DNA from: Planctopirus limnophila DSM 3776
GTDB lineage: Bacteria > Planctomycetota > Planctomycetia > Planctomycetales > Planctomycetaceae
Assembly (NCBI RefSeq): GCF_000092105.1
Contig: NC_014148.1
Location: 4,380,001 to 4,412,000 of the forward strand
Direction: 5' to 3'
Length of the DNA stretch: 32,000 bases
Shown here: in pieces, positions 8,557 through 16,494 of the stretch
Numbering within the stretch: position 1 is the stretch's first letter
Layout of the letters: every line of letters starts with the position of its first letter
Notes under the pieces: generated by a model
The model's database searches: none
Told to the model about the DNA's origin: nothing
Seen by the model: the letters and a program-made list of their open reading frames with translations, nothing else
Made by a program: the position numbers and the translations under genes

Positions 8557-9020
8557 AGTCTTTCTCTGAGGGTCAAGTACGAATTGATACGCGGTCGCGA
8601 CGTGGATCGGCGACGACGTTTGTTGTCGCTGCACTGGTGCTTTTTGGGTTGACATCCACTGCTCTGGTGATTTCAGCCGTAATGTTATTACAGCAGGGTG
8701 AAAGTACGCGCCGGACACTCCAGATGGATTATCTTGAGCGGGGAGCCGAAGAGGTACTCAGGCAAAATCCCCAGGGGATGTTCTCTGCGGAGAGCCAGCA
8801 GCGAGATGGCGTGATGAGTCAACCACAGCAGGTTCTGGAACTCGCGACCGGACGCGAGCAGGAACGGGCGCGCATTACTTACCGCCTGATCCGGGAGGAG
8901 CACCTGACTCCGCAAGAAAAGCCTGAGAGCCAACTTTGTGAAATCCAGGTTGAACTCATGATTCGTGAGAAAAAGATTGTTTCGCGGCGATCTTACTTAT
9001 GGTTATCACCGAATCAGTGA
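8553..9020 (+). CDS. PilX_N/GspK-like minor pseudopilin-like protein
   Basis: The N-terminus SRRGSATTFVVAALVLFGLTSTALVISAVMLL matches the RGxAL-type hydrophobic N-terminus of PilX/GspK-class proteins, which lack Glu+5. There is an ATGA overlap with the upstream ORF (8553-8556) and AGGGAG 7 nt upstream. Confidence 0.5.
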   Translation: MKSFSEGQVRIDTRSRRGSATTFVVAALVLFGLTSTALVISAVMLLQQGESTRRTLQMDYLERGAEEVLRQNPQGMFSAESQQRDGVMSQPQQVLELATGREQERARITYRLIREEHLTPQEKPESQLCEIQVELMIREKKIVSRRSYLWLSPNQ

Positions 9021-9091
9021 TTTGCGAATCGATTGACATTTAAAAAACAGATCAACATTCAATAATAGTTTACAGATCAAGGTCGTCTCTC

Positions 9092-10288
9092 ATGATCAGA
9101 TTATGGATGCAGTCAATGATTACCAGGCATAAGTTGACGAAGGCATGCTTGCCCGGGGCTGCACGCATGGCACACAGAGGACTCTTATTTTTTAGAACGC
9201 CCGTGACAGCTCGGCAGAGGCAGATTATCCGCACGGGATTTACCTTGATTGAGTTACTGGTGGTGATTGCGATTATCGCCATACTCATTGCGTTGCTGTT
9301 GCCGGCAGTGCAGCAGGCTCGTGAGGCGGCTCGAAGAACTCAATGTCGTAATAATCTTCAGCAACTGGTGCTGGCGATCCACAACTATATGGCGGCACAT
9401 GAAGTTTTGCCGCCCGGGAGTCAGAATGCGACAGGGCCGGTGCATAACCTGCCAGATGGCTATCACATGGGCTGGATGACACAGATTCTGCCCTATATTG
9501 AGCAACCAGCAGCTTTTCGACACATTGACTTTACCAGCTCAGTCTATTCACAAGCCAACCAGCCAGTGCGGGGGAGAGCGTTCAGCGTGATGCAGTGCCC
9601 CAGTTCTGTAAATACATTTTCTGACGAAAGCCTGCCGCAAAGCTGGGGGGGGAGTACATCGTATGCGGGAGTGCATCACCCTGTCGGGGCGTATGTCAAC
9701 TCCGGTCAATTGGGAGTTTTCTTTTTAAATAGTTCAGTCCGCTATGAAGAAATTGAAGACGGGAGTTCGAATACGTTGTTTCTGGGTGAGTATGAAGACC
9801 CGCGTGATTATGGCCCTGGGACTCTCTTGGTCAATTTGAGTTGGATGTCGGGGACTCGGGCTTCACTAAGGAATGGTGGTTTGAGAATCAATGAGTGGAG
9901 ATCACAAATATCGAATCAGTTCCAGGGGCCGATGAATCCACTGGGAGGCGAAGAGAATGCCGGTGAAATGCTTCCGGGCTGGATCGACGAAACGACCAGC
10001 GAAGAGACCCCCGACGAGGCAACGAGCGATCCTGTGGCTCAACCCGGGGAATCGGCCGGTGAACCCGAGAAGACATTGACACCTGAGGAGATTACACAGG
10101 CTCAAATCGACAGAATTGTGGCCAAGATAGGGCCTGCAACCGGTGGTTTTTCGAGTCTTCACACCGGGGGTTGTCATTTTGCCCTAGGTGACGGGAGTGT
10201 GCGGTTCTTAAGCGAAAACATCGATATGAAGACGTTTCGCATGTTGATGGATCGCCAGGACGGGCGGTTGTTGCCGAGTGACTTCTGA
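9092..10288 (+). CDS. DUF1559 / prepilin-type H-X9-DG protein (paralog 1), with an acidic insertion
   Basis: The N-terminus is [51 protein letters not shown]. The C-terminus [23 protein letters not shown] gives an exact H-X9-DG motif at 10160-10195. The true start is uncertain; in-frame ATGs occur at 9092, 9107, 9116 and 9167. Confidence 0.9.
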   Translation: MIRLWMQSMITRHKLTKACLPGAARMAHRGLLFFRTPVTARQRQIIRTGFTLIELLVVIAIIAILIALLLPAVQQAREAARRTQCRNNLQQLVLAIHNYMAAHEVLPPGSQNATGPVHNLPDGYHMGWMTQILPYIEQPAAFRHIDFTSSVYSQANQPVRGRAFSVMQCPSSVNTFSDESLPQSWGGSTSYAGVHHPVGAYVNSGQLGVFFLNSSVRYEEIEDGSSNTLFLGEYEDPRDYGPGTLLVNLSWMSGTRASLRNGGLRINEWRSQISNQFQGPMNPLGGEENAGEMLPGWIDETTSEETPDEATSDPVAQPGESAGEPEKTLTPEEITQAQIDRIVAKIGPATGGFSSLHTGGCHFALGDGSVRFLSENIDMKTFRMLMDRQDGRLLPSDF

Positions 10289-10533
10289 TCGAAGTTGGGA
10301 AGCTGACTTCATGGGGCGCGAGTGGAATTCTCAACACCCACCCGGACATCGGATAAGCACGTTCCGATGGATGTCATTCAGCCGGTTTCGCTACTGGAAG
10401 AGTCCTCTGTTGCTGAACCAGCTTGAGATTGTATTTCATGAAACCGAAGCTGAGTCTTATGGGTAAACAGAAATTGTGGCATGCATGATCGAGTTGATCA
10501 CGCGAAATCGAGAGTTGTTGGAGTGTGTGGACG

Positions 10534-10609
10534 AAATGTGAACAAACCGAGAGATTTTGCGACGATCGATTGTCTCAACAATTTCTCAATTGTGTTCACA
10601 TTCTGAACA
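10534..10609. promoter_or_regulatory. Operator-like TGTTCA/TGAACA palindromes upstream of the 598-aa secreted-protein gene
   Basis: aatgtgaaca (10535-10544) is the perfect reverse complement of tgttcacatt (10593-10602). The second site is also part of a 6-5-6 palindrome, tgttca-cattc-tgaaca (10593-10609). It lies about 130-200 nt upstream of ATG 10738. Confidence 0.3.
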
Positions 10610-10737
10610 CGCCATGCTACTGGTGATTTCGCTGATGGGGACACAGAGCTTCCAGCAGAGTTTTCTCTGGGCAGCGGATGTTTGCCATCATGCAGCAAAT
10701 GGTTTGAATTCCACACGATTCCTGAAGATTCGAAAGA

Positions 10738-12534
10738 ATGGGTTTCATGAGACAACTGTTCTGGATGTCTGCACTTAGCCTGATGCTGGCTGCCACGGGT
10801 TTCTGGAGTGTTCCTGAGGCCATGGCCCAGGGGACAGCAACCAAAGGGACAGCGACCAAAGGTGCTGCCGCCGCTGCAGCCGAAGAAGAGGATGATTATC
10901 TGGCCGCCGAGTTTCTCGTGCCGCCCCAGACATCATTTTTCGTGGCCTTTCCTGATGTTCCCGGCCTGGTCGAAGGTGTTAAGGCTTCGACCTTTGGCAA
11001 GCTGCTGGCGGATCCTGATTTTCAGCCATTTCTGAACGATGTGAAGGCCAAAATTGAAGAAGGTTCGAGCAAGCTGAAGGAAGAATTGGGACTGACGCTG
11101 GAAGAGCTTCTTTCAGTCCCTCAAGGTCAGGTGGCGATTGCCGTATTTCCCACGGAAAGTGGTGAAATCTCGGGGATTTTGATGGCGGATTATGGTGACT
11201 CGGAAGAGACCATCAAGACGCTCATCGGCAAGATGGAAGCGGCCCTCAAAGAAGAAGGTGCCGAGATTTCTGCCGAGAAGATGGATGATGTCAGCGTGAC
11301 GATTGTCACTTTGCCAGAAGAGAAAGTGGCAGACAGCCCTGTGAAGCAGTTGGCATACTTCCTCAGCGAAGGAACCTTTGTGTTCGCCACTTCGAAGGAT
11401 GCCGCTGCGGCCATTCTGGATCGCTGGGATGGTGAGAACGAAGACGTGTTTGCGAAGAACGAAGCCTTCACTCTGGTGATGGATAAGGTCGGTCGCAAGG
11501 ATGACAGCATTGAGCCCGACTTCAAGTGGTTCGTGAATCCCGTTCTGCTGACCGAGCAGATTGCTACCGCTGTTCAGGAACAGCAGCCACAGGCTCAGTC
11601 AGTCATTGGTATGCTCCCAGTGCTGGGGCTCGACAAGCTCAAGGGTGTGGGCGGTTCGATGATTATCGACGAAGACGACTTCGATTCGATCGTCAAGACT
11701 TATGTCCATGTGGAACAGCCAACCTCCGGCGTGATCAACTTCTTCAAGTTCCCTGCGATTGCGATGACACCTCCCAAGTGGGTCGGTGCCAATGCCGCGA
11801 TGTACACCGGTCTGAACTGGGATTTCCAGGCAGCGTATGCTGCTGGCGAAGCCTTGTATGACTCATTTGCTGGTGGTGGTGCCTGCGCCCGTTTTATGGA
11901 TTCGGTGGCCCAGCAGCCACCGAATATCCACCTGAAGAAGGATGTGATTGATCTTCTGAGTGGAAAGTTGCACTTCACTTCCACAGGAACCGGGATCTCG
12001 GAAGAGAATCCTGTTGGTGACCTGACGCTGGCAATCGAAGTCAAAGATACCAGTGCGGCGTCCAAGCTGATTGCGAAGCTGCTCGATCTGGGACTGGCCC
12101 CACACGAAACCCGTGATTTCGAAGGTCAGAAGATTTACGAATTCGAAACTCCTCAGGAAGGCATCACTCCCGCTCTGGCAGTCACTGCGAACGCGATTGT
12201 GATCACAGCCGACGTCAAAGTGATCGAAGGGATTGTTCGCGGGACGCGCACTCCTTTGTCGACCTCGCCAACTTACAGCAAGCTCTCGAAGTTCTTCCCG
12301 GCGAAAGTCTCGGCGATCACCTTCCAGAAGGGTGATGCACAGCTCAAGACGATTTACGAGCAACTCCGAGCCGGTGAAGGGATTGCTGCTGAAGCGGAAG
12401 GGCTCGACTTCAAGAAGTTGCCACCTTTCGAAAAACTGGCCAAGTATCTGCGATCTTCCGCAGGTTACTCGACCAACGACGACAGTGGCTCACTGAGCGT
12501 GCAATTCACTCTCAAGGAAGCAGATCCCAAGTAG
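10738..12534 (+). CDS. Secreted protein of unknown family (signal peptide, GTATKGTATKG repeat, poly-Ala/acidic linker)
   Basis: The N-terminus MGFMRQLFWMSALSLMLAATGFWSVPEAMAQG is a plausible Sec signal. The frame is long with uniform acidic globular composition, and an intrinsic terminator follows it. I recognise no catalytic motif. Confidence 0.7.
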   Translation: MGFMRQLFWMSALSLMLAATGFWSVPEAMAQGTATKGTATKGAAAAAAEEEDDYLAAEFLVPPQTSFFVAFPDVPGLVEGVKASTFGKLLADPDFQPFLNDVKAKIEEGSSKLKEELGLTLEELLSVPQGQVAIAVFPTESGEISGILMADYGDSEETIKTLIGKMEAALKEEGAEISAEKMDDVSVTIVTLPEEKVADSPVKQLAYFLSEGTFVFATSKDAAAAILDRWDGENEDVFAKNEAFTLVMDKVGRKDDSIEPDFKWFVNPVLLTEQIATAVQEQQPQAQSVIGMLPVLGLDKLKGVGGSMIIDEDDFDSIVKTYVHVEQPTSGVINFFKFPAIAMTPPKWVGANAAMYTGLNWDFQAAYAAGEALYDSFAGGGACARFMDSVAQQPPNIHLKKDVIDLLSGKLHFTSTGTGISEENPVGDLTLAIEVKDTSAASKLIAKLLDLGLAPHETRDFEGQKIYEFETPQEGITPALAVTANAIVITADVKVIEGIVRGTRTPLSTSPTYSKLSKFFPAKVSAITFQKGDAQLKTIYEQLRAGEGIAAEAEGLDFKKLPPFEKLAKYLRSSAGYSTNDDSGSLSVQFTLKEADPK

Positions 12535-12580
12535 TTCAGACTGAGTTCTGCTTACCACGCGGATGGTAAGTACTCTCCAA

Positions 12581-12613
12581 GCCCTCTGTCAGGTAATGGC
12601 AGAGGGCTTTTTT
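12581..12613 (+). terminator. Rho-independent terminator
   Basis: Stem gccctctg (12581-12588) / cagagggc (12600-12607), an 11-nt loop, then tttttt (12608-12613). It sits 47 nt after the stop at 12534. Confidence 0.8.
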
Positions 12614-12669
12614 GTTAGGTAAGCTCTCTCAAGGGGAGCTGGAATTCATGGTTCACCTAACAGGACATG

Positions 12670-12708
12670 CGCATGGCGCGGCTTCCTTTCATCGTACAAA
12701 GTACGATG
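12670..12708. repeat. Dispersed 16-mer cgcatggcgcggcttc followed by a hairpin (copy 1)
   Basis: The 16-mer at 12670-12685 is identical to 26544-26559. It is followed by the hairpin catcgtac-aaa-gtacgatg (12690-12708). Confidence 0.7.
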
Positions 12709-12775
12709 GCACCAGGTTATGTGTCATGGACAGCATGAAGCTCACGGGATGGCGTGTGCGATAACGACTGATTGA

Positions 12776-14611
12776 GTGGCGAGACCTGTGAATCCGCGTC
12801 AAGAGAGCAAGCCTGCAAAACGCCCCGTCCGCTCAGCGGGCGACAAACCAGCACCCGGTATGTTGTCGAAGCTGGCACAGCTCACGCCGGCTTTCTGGCT
12901 GGTGATTGGCCTCGCCACAGTGATTCGATGCTGGGGAATATGGAATCAAAGCGTCGAACACTTTGATGAAGGAGTTTACGCTTCGAACATCTGGTTCGGG
13001 CCTGACCAGGGTTACGAATATCCGGCCCGGTTTTTCTATGCGCCCCCACTCTGGCCATTGGTGCTCGAATGGACACAACTGATCGGTGCCATGCTGGGCC
13101 TTGGGCATCCCGGTTGGTTGGTCATGCTGCCGGGCATTCTTTGCGGTATTGCCCTGTGTGGAGTGATTTACTCTTTTGGCAAAGAGTTTTTCTGTGAGCA
13201 AGTGGGTTTGATCGCGGGATTGATGGCCGCCTGTTCGGATCTGCTGGCAAGTTACTCACGCACAGGTTTGACCGATATTCCCGTGACTCTCTGCATGTTG
13301 CTGGCGGTTCGCGCCATGATCCGCTCGCTCACTACTCCGGCACAGAAAAACTTCCCCTGGGGATCCATCTTCGCTGCGGGAGGCTGGACCGCTCTCGGAT
13401 GGAGCATCAAATACTCAGGCTGGCTGCCACTGGCGATTCTCCTGGCGGCTGAGTTTGCCGGCTGGATCCTCAAATGCCATGTCCTGCCGGCTGCGCGGGT
13501 GCAGAAGATGACCGTCAGCATTTGTGCGATTGCCGTCGTGCTGTGGCTCCCTGTGCTCTGGGGACTGCAAGCCACTGGTGGATATGCAGCCGTCTCGGCC
13601 AATCATGCCCAATATGTGACGGGTCTGGGGCAGTGGTTCACGCAATTCCAGAATCAATGGGAGACGATTCGGCACTACTCGACCTACTTCTCGCTGGCTC
13701 TGTTGGCATCGTGCATTGTCGCTGCGGGTTATCTTCGAGTTGGCGGGCTCACAATCTTACACTGCAACTGGTTATTACTTTTTTGCGTGTTGGCCTTGGG
13801 AACAGGTGATCTCACCATCTGGATGATTGGCGGCTTCATCGGTGCTTACTGGGGACTGATGCAGCCGAAGTTTGCGGCAGTGGAATCAGAAATCCCCGAA
13901 ATTCGCATGACACAAGCCGTCGCACCCATCGAAGTTACGAGGATCGCCGTCTTGTTTTTACTGACCTGGATGACCGGGTTATTGCTCTCGATCCCGATGT
14001 ATCGATCCTATCCACGACTGCTGACACCGATCTTGCCACCAGCGTTTCTCCTGTTTTCGTACGGGTACCATCGCTACATCGCCACGAGAACCAATATTTA
14101 TCTGAATCAAGGAGTGCTGATTGGGAAGATGCTCTCTCGCGCTAAGCAGCTTCTGGTCCTGGCACCCCTGCTCCTGCTGGGAAGCTTTTCACCACTTTTG
14201 AAGAAGCAAGAGTTTCCGTTCCATGCGTGGCAGGATCGGACTGCGATGCTGGAAACAAGTCGCACATTCCTGCAGACGGTTCGCAGGCAGACACCTTCCG
14301 GCAAGCCAGCGATCATTTACGTCTACGGTGAGCCCGCCATTTTCTGGCAATTGCGAGCGCAAGGATTTGTACTCACAGGCCCGGTGCAGGATTTAAGATT
14401 TATTGAACGCGACTCACCGGCTGAGGTCTGGCTGGTCGTGGGGCCGCACGCCCGAAGAAACTCGCAATTTCTCGAAGCGTGGAAGCAGTCGGGGATGCTG
14501 TTCACCAAAGAAAACGAATCATCAGTTCGAGTAAGCGATATTGTGCGGAGAGATGATGAATCAAAGGAAGAAACAGCCCTCTTCGAGCTGTATCGACTCC
14601 ACCCACCATAA
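12776..14611 (+). CDS. Polytopic glycosyltransferase, GT39/PMT_2 (ArnT-like) family
   Basis: It has about 12 or more predicted TM helices. The first loop carries VEHFDEGVYASNIW...FYAPPLWPLVLEW, which resembles the DE-x-x-Y and hPPL motifs of ArnT/PMT-type lipid-carrier-dependent glycosyltransferases. The C-terminal domain is soluble. The start is GTG 12776, or ATG 12860. Confidence 0.65.
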   Translation: MARPVNPRQESKPAKRPVRSAGDKPAPGMLSKLAQLTPAFWLVIGLATVIRCWGIWNQSVEHFDEGVYASNIWFGPDQGYEYPARFFYAPPLWPLVLEWTQLIGAMLGLGHPGWLVMLPGILCGIALCGVIYSFGKEFFCEQVGLIAGLMAACSDLLASYSRTGLTDIPVTLCMLLAVRAMIRSLTTPAQKNFPWGSIFAAGGWTALGWSIKYSGWLPLAILLAAEFAGWILKCHVLPAARVQKMTVSICAIAVVLWLPVLWGLQATGGYAAVSANHAQYVTGLGQWFTQFQNQWETIRHYSTYFSLALLASCIVAAGYLRVGGLTILHCNWLLLFCVLALGTGDLTIWMIGGFIGAYWGLMQPKFAAVESEIPEIRMTQAVAPIEVTRIAVLFLLTWMTGLLLSIPMYRSYPRLLTPILPPAFLLFSYGYHRYIATRTNIYLNQGVLIGKMLSRAKQLLVLAPLLLLGSFSPLLKKQEFPFHAWQDRTAMLETSRTFLQTVRRQTPSGKPAIIYVYGEPAIFWQLRAQGFVLTGPVQDLRFIERDSPAEVWLVVGPHARRNSQFLEAWKQSGMLFTKENESSVRVSDIVRRDDESKEETALFELYRLHPP

Positions 14612-14623
14612 TCGAAGCGATCA

Positions 14624-14749
14624 CCGTAGGGTCCGCTGTGCGGACCATATTAGGTATTTTTTTGTTTAATACTCGCCATTGCGTAAATACAGCTCGATAT
14701 TGAAAAAACATAGGGGCGGTAAACATGGTCCGCACAGCGGACCCTACGG
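14624..14749. repeat. 126-bp unit bounded by perfect 25-bp inverted repeats, each containing its own hairpin (REP-pair or MITE-like)
   Basis: ccgtagggtccgctgtgcggaccat (14624-14648) is the exact reverse complement of 14725-14749. Each arm holds the palindrome ggtccgc-tgt-gcggacc. The 76-bp core is AT-rich and includes a T7 run. The unit lies between the GT39 stop (14611) and the sulfatase ATG (14766). Confidence 0.85.
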
Positions 14750-14765
14750 GATTGGAGATACATAC

Positions 14766-16340
14766 ATGAGAATTCATCGACTGATTCTGGCGATATTGCT
14801 CCTGTTGACTTGCCGGGGTGCTATGGCTGCGGAGCCGGCGCCACCGAATATTCTGTTCGCCATTGCGGATGACTGGGGTTATGGGCATGCGAGTGCTTAT
14901 GGCTGCCAGTGGGTGAAGACACCCGCTTTTGATCGTGTCGCCCGCGAGGGGTTACTCTTTCAGCAGGCATATACGCCCAATGCCAAGTGCGCACCTTCGA
15001 GAGCCTGTATTCTCACCGGCCGAAACTCGTGGCAACTCAAAGAGGCGGCCAACCATTTGTGCTACTTCCCCACGGAGTTCAAAACATGGGGGGAAGCGTT
15101 GGCCGAGAAGGGTTGGCATGTGGGCTATACAACCAAAGGCTGGGGGCCTGGCGAAGCGAAAGACGAGACTGGCAAGCCCCGAGCTATGACAGGGCAACCC
15201 TTCAACAAGCAGAAGCTCACACCGCCTGCCCAGGGAATTGGGCCTAATGATTATGCCTCGAATTTTGGGGATTTTCTGGCGAGTGCACCTGCTGGTAAGC
15301 CATGGTGTTTCTGGTATGGGAGCATTGAGCCCCATCGCGATTATGAGTTTGGTTCGGGGATCAAAAAAGCGGGCAAAAAACTGAGTGAAATCGATCATGT
15401 GCCGGGTTATTGGCCCGACAATGAAACGGTTCGCACGGATCTGCTTGATTATGCCTATGAGGTGGAACACTTCGATCAACATCTGGGGCGGATGCTGAAG
15501 GCTCTTGAAGAGAAGGGGCTGCTGGAAAATACACTGGTGATCGTCACTTCTGATCACGGCATGCCGTTTCCCAGGTGCAAAGGAGGCGCCTACGAAGCGT
15601 CCAATCATGTCCCGCTGGCCATGATGTGGCCCAAAGGAATTCGAGCACCGGGGCGCTCCATCGACGACTTCGTGAGCTTTATTGATCTGGCACCGACCAT
15701 TCTTGATGTGGCATCAATCCCGTGGAATGAAACCGGGATGGCACCGGCGACCGGTCGATCACTCAGAGACATCTTCGAATCGAAACAATCAGGCCGGGTC
15801 GATGCAGCGCGCGATCATGTGCTGATTGGTATGGAGCGGCACGATATCGGTCGCCCGCTCGATGTCGGTTATCCCATTCGTGGCATCATCACGCATGAGT
15901 CGCTCTATCTGCACAATTTTGAGCCTGATCGCTGGCCCGCGTGCAATCCGGAAACGGGCTATCTCAATTGTGATGCGGGTGCGACGAAAACGGTCATTCT
16001 GGAAGCCCGGCGGAAAGCTGGAAGCGATCCTTACTGGTCACTCTGTTTTGGCAAGCGGCCACGGGAAGAGTTTTATGATCTCCAGCAGGACCGCGATTGC
16101 ATTCAAAATCTGGCTGATGACCCGACTCTGACAGCTCGCATGGAAGCACTCAAAAACCGTCTCTTTGCCCAGTTGAAGGAGGAGCAGGATCCTCGCATGG
16201 ATGGCAAGGGTTATCTTTTTGATGAATACCCGCACTCGAACAAAATCCATCGCGGCTTTTACGAACGATTTATCAAGGGCGAGAAGCTGAATACCGGCTG
16301 GGTTGATCCCACAGACTATGAGCCAGCACCCCTTGATTGA
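14766..16340 (+). CDS. Formylglycine-dependent sulfatase (arylsulfatase-A family), secreted
   Basis: Signal peptide [23 protein letters not shown]. Metal-site motif [26 protein letters not shown] gives the C-x-P-x-R formylglycine motif at 14988-15002, and there is also a VTSDHGMPF motif. I prefer ATG 14766 over the track start at 14679, which lies inside the inverted-repeat unit. Confidence 0.9.
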   Translation: MRIHRLILAILLLLTCRGAMAAEPAPPNILFAIADDWGYGHASAYGCQWVKTPAFDRVAREGLLFQQAYTPNAKCAPSRACILTGRNSWQLKEAANHLCYFPTEFKTWGEALAEKGWHVGYTTKGWGPGEAKDETGKPRAMTGQPFNKQKLTPPAQGIGPNDYASNFGDFLASAPAGKPWCFWYGSIEPHRDYEFGSGIKKAGKKLSEIDHVPGYWPDNETVRTDLLDYAYEVEHFDQHLGRMLKALEEKGLLENTLVIVTSDHGMPFPRCKGGAYEASNHVPLAMMWPKGIRAPGRSIDDFVSFIDLAPTILDVASIPWNETGMAPATGRSLRDIFESKQSGRVDAARDHVLIGMERHDIGRPLDVGYPIRGIITHESLYLHNFEPDRWPACNPETGYLNCDAGATKTVILEARRKAGSDPYWSLCFGKRPREEFYDLQQDRDCIQNLADDPTLTARMEALKNRLFAQLKEEQDPRMDGKGYLFDEYPHSNKIHRGFYERFIKGEKLNTGWVDPTDYEPAPLD

Positions 16341-16405
16341 GTCGTCTTACCTAAAGCCGTTCCTTGGGGAGGTCTGGGGTACCGCCAAACGATGCCACCG
16401 ACCCA

Positions 16406-16485
16406 AGAGATCCATGGTACGTGGAGAGTCGATCAGGCATGCTTGCTCCGAACCGCAAGCATGGCACTCAGTCAATCTTCCAAGA
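16406..16485. repeat. REP-like hairpin repeat, 'family X', compact copy
   Basis: Order of elements: agagatccatggtacg (16406-16421), aggcatgcttgctc (16435-16448), cgaa, then ccgcaagcatggcactca (16453-16470). The 9-bp stem catgcttgc/gcaagcatg has an 8-nt loop. The same arms occur at 26630-26672 and 26979-26996. This copy sits between the convergent sulfatase and hydrolase genes. Confidence 0.75.
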
Positions 16486-16494
16486 AAAGCTGGC

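Noticed and set aside
9021-9091. Possible internal promoter (TTGACA at 9035-9040, AT-rich tract) in front of DUF1559 paralog 1
   Set aside because: I found no acceptable -10 hexamer at 16-19 nt spacing, and planctomycetal promoter consensus is poorly defined. It is too weak to call.
10347-10369. Hairpin catcgga-taagcacgt-tccgatg downstream of DUF1559 paralog 1
   Set aside because: It has a 7-bp stem and no U-tract, so it cannot be distinguished from a chance palindrome.
14952-15608. 218-aa minus-strand ORF
   Set aside because: It is antisense to the sulfatase gene, which carries the C-x-P-x-R motif and metal-site residues.
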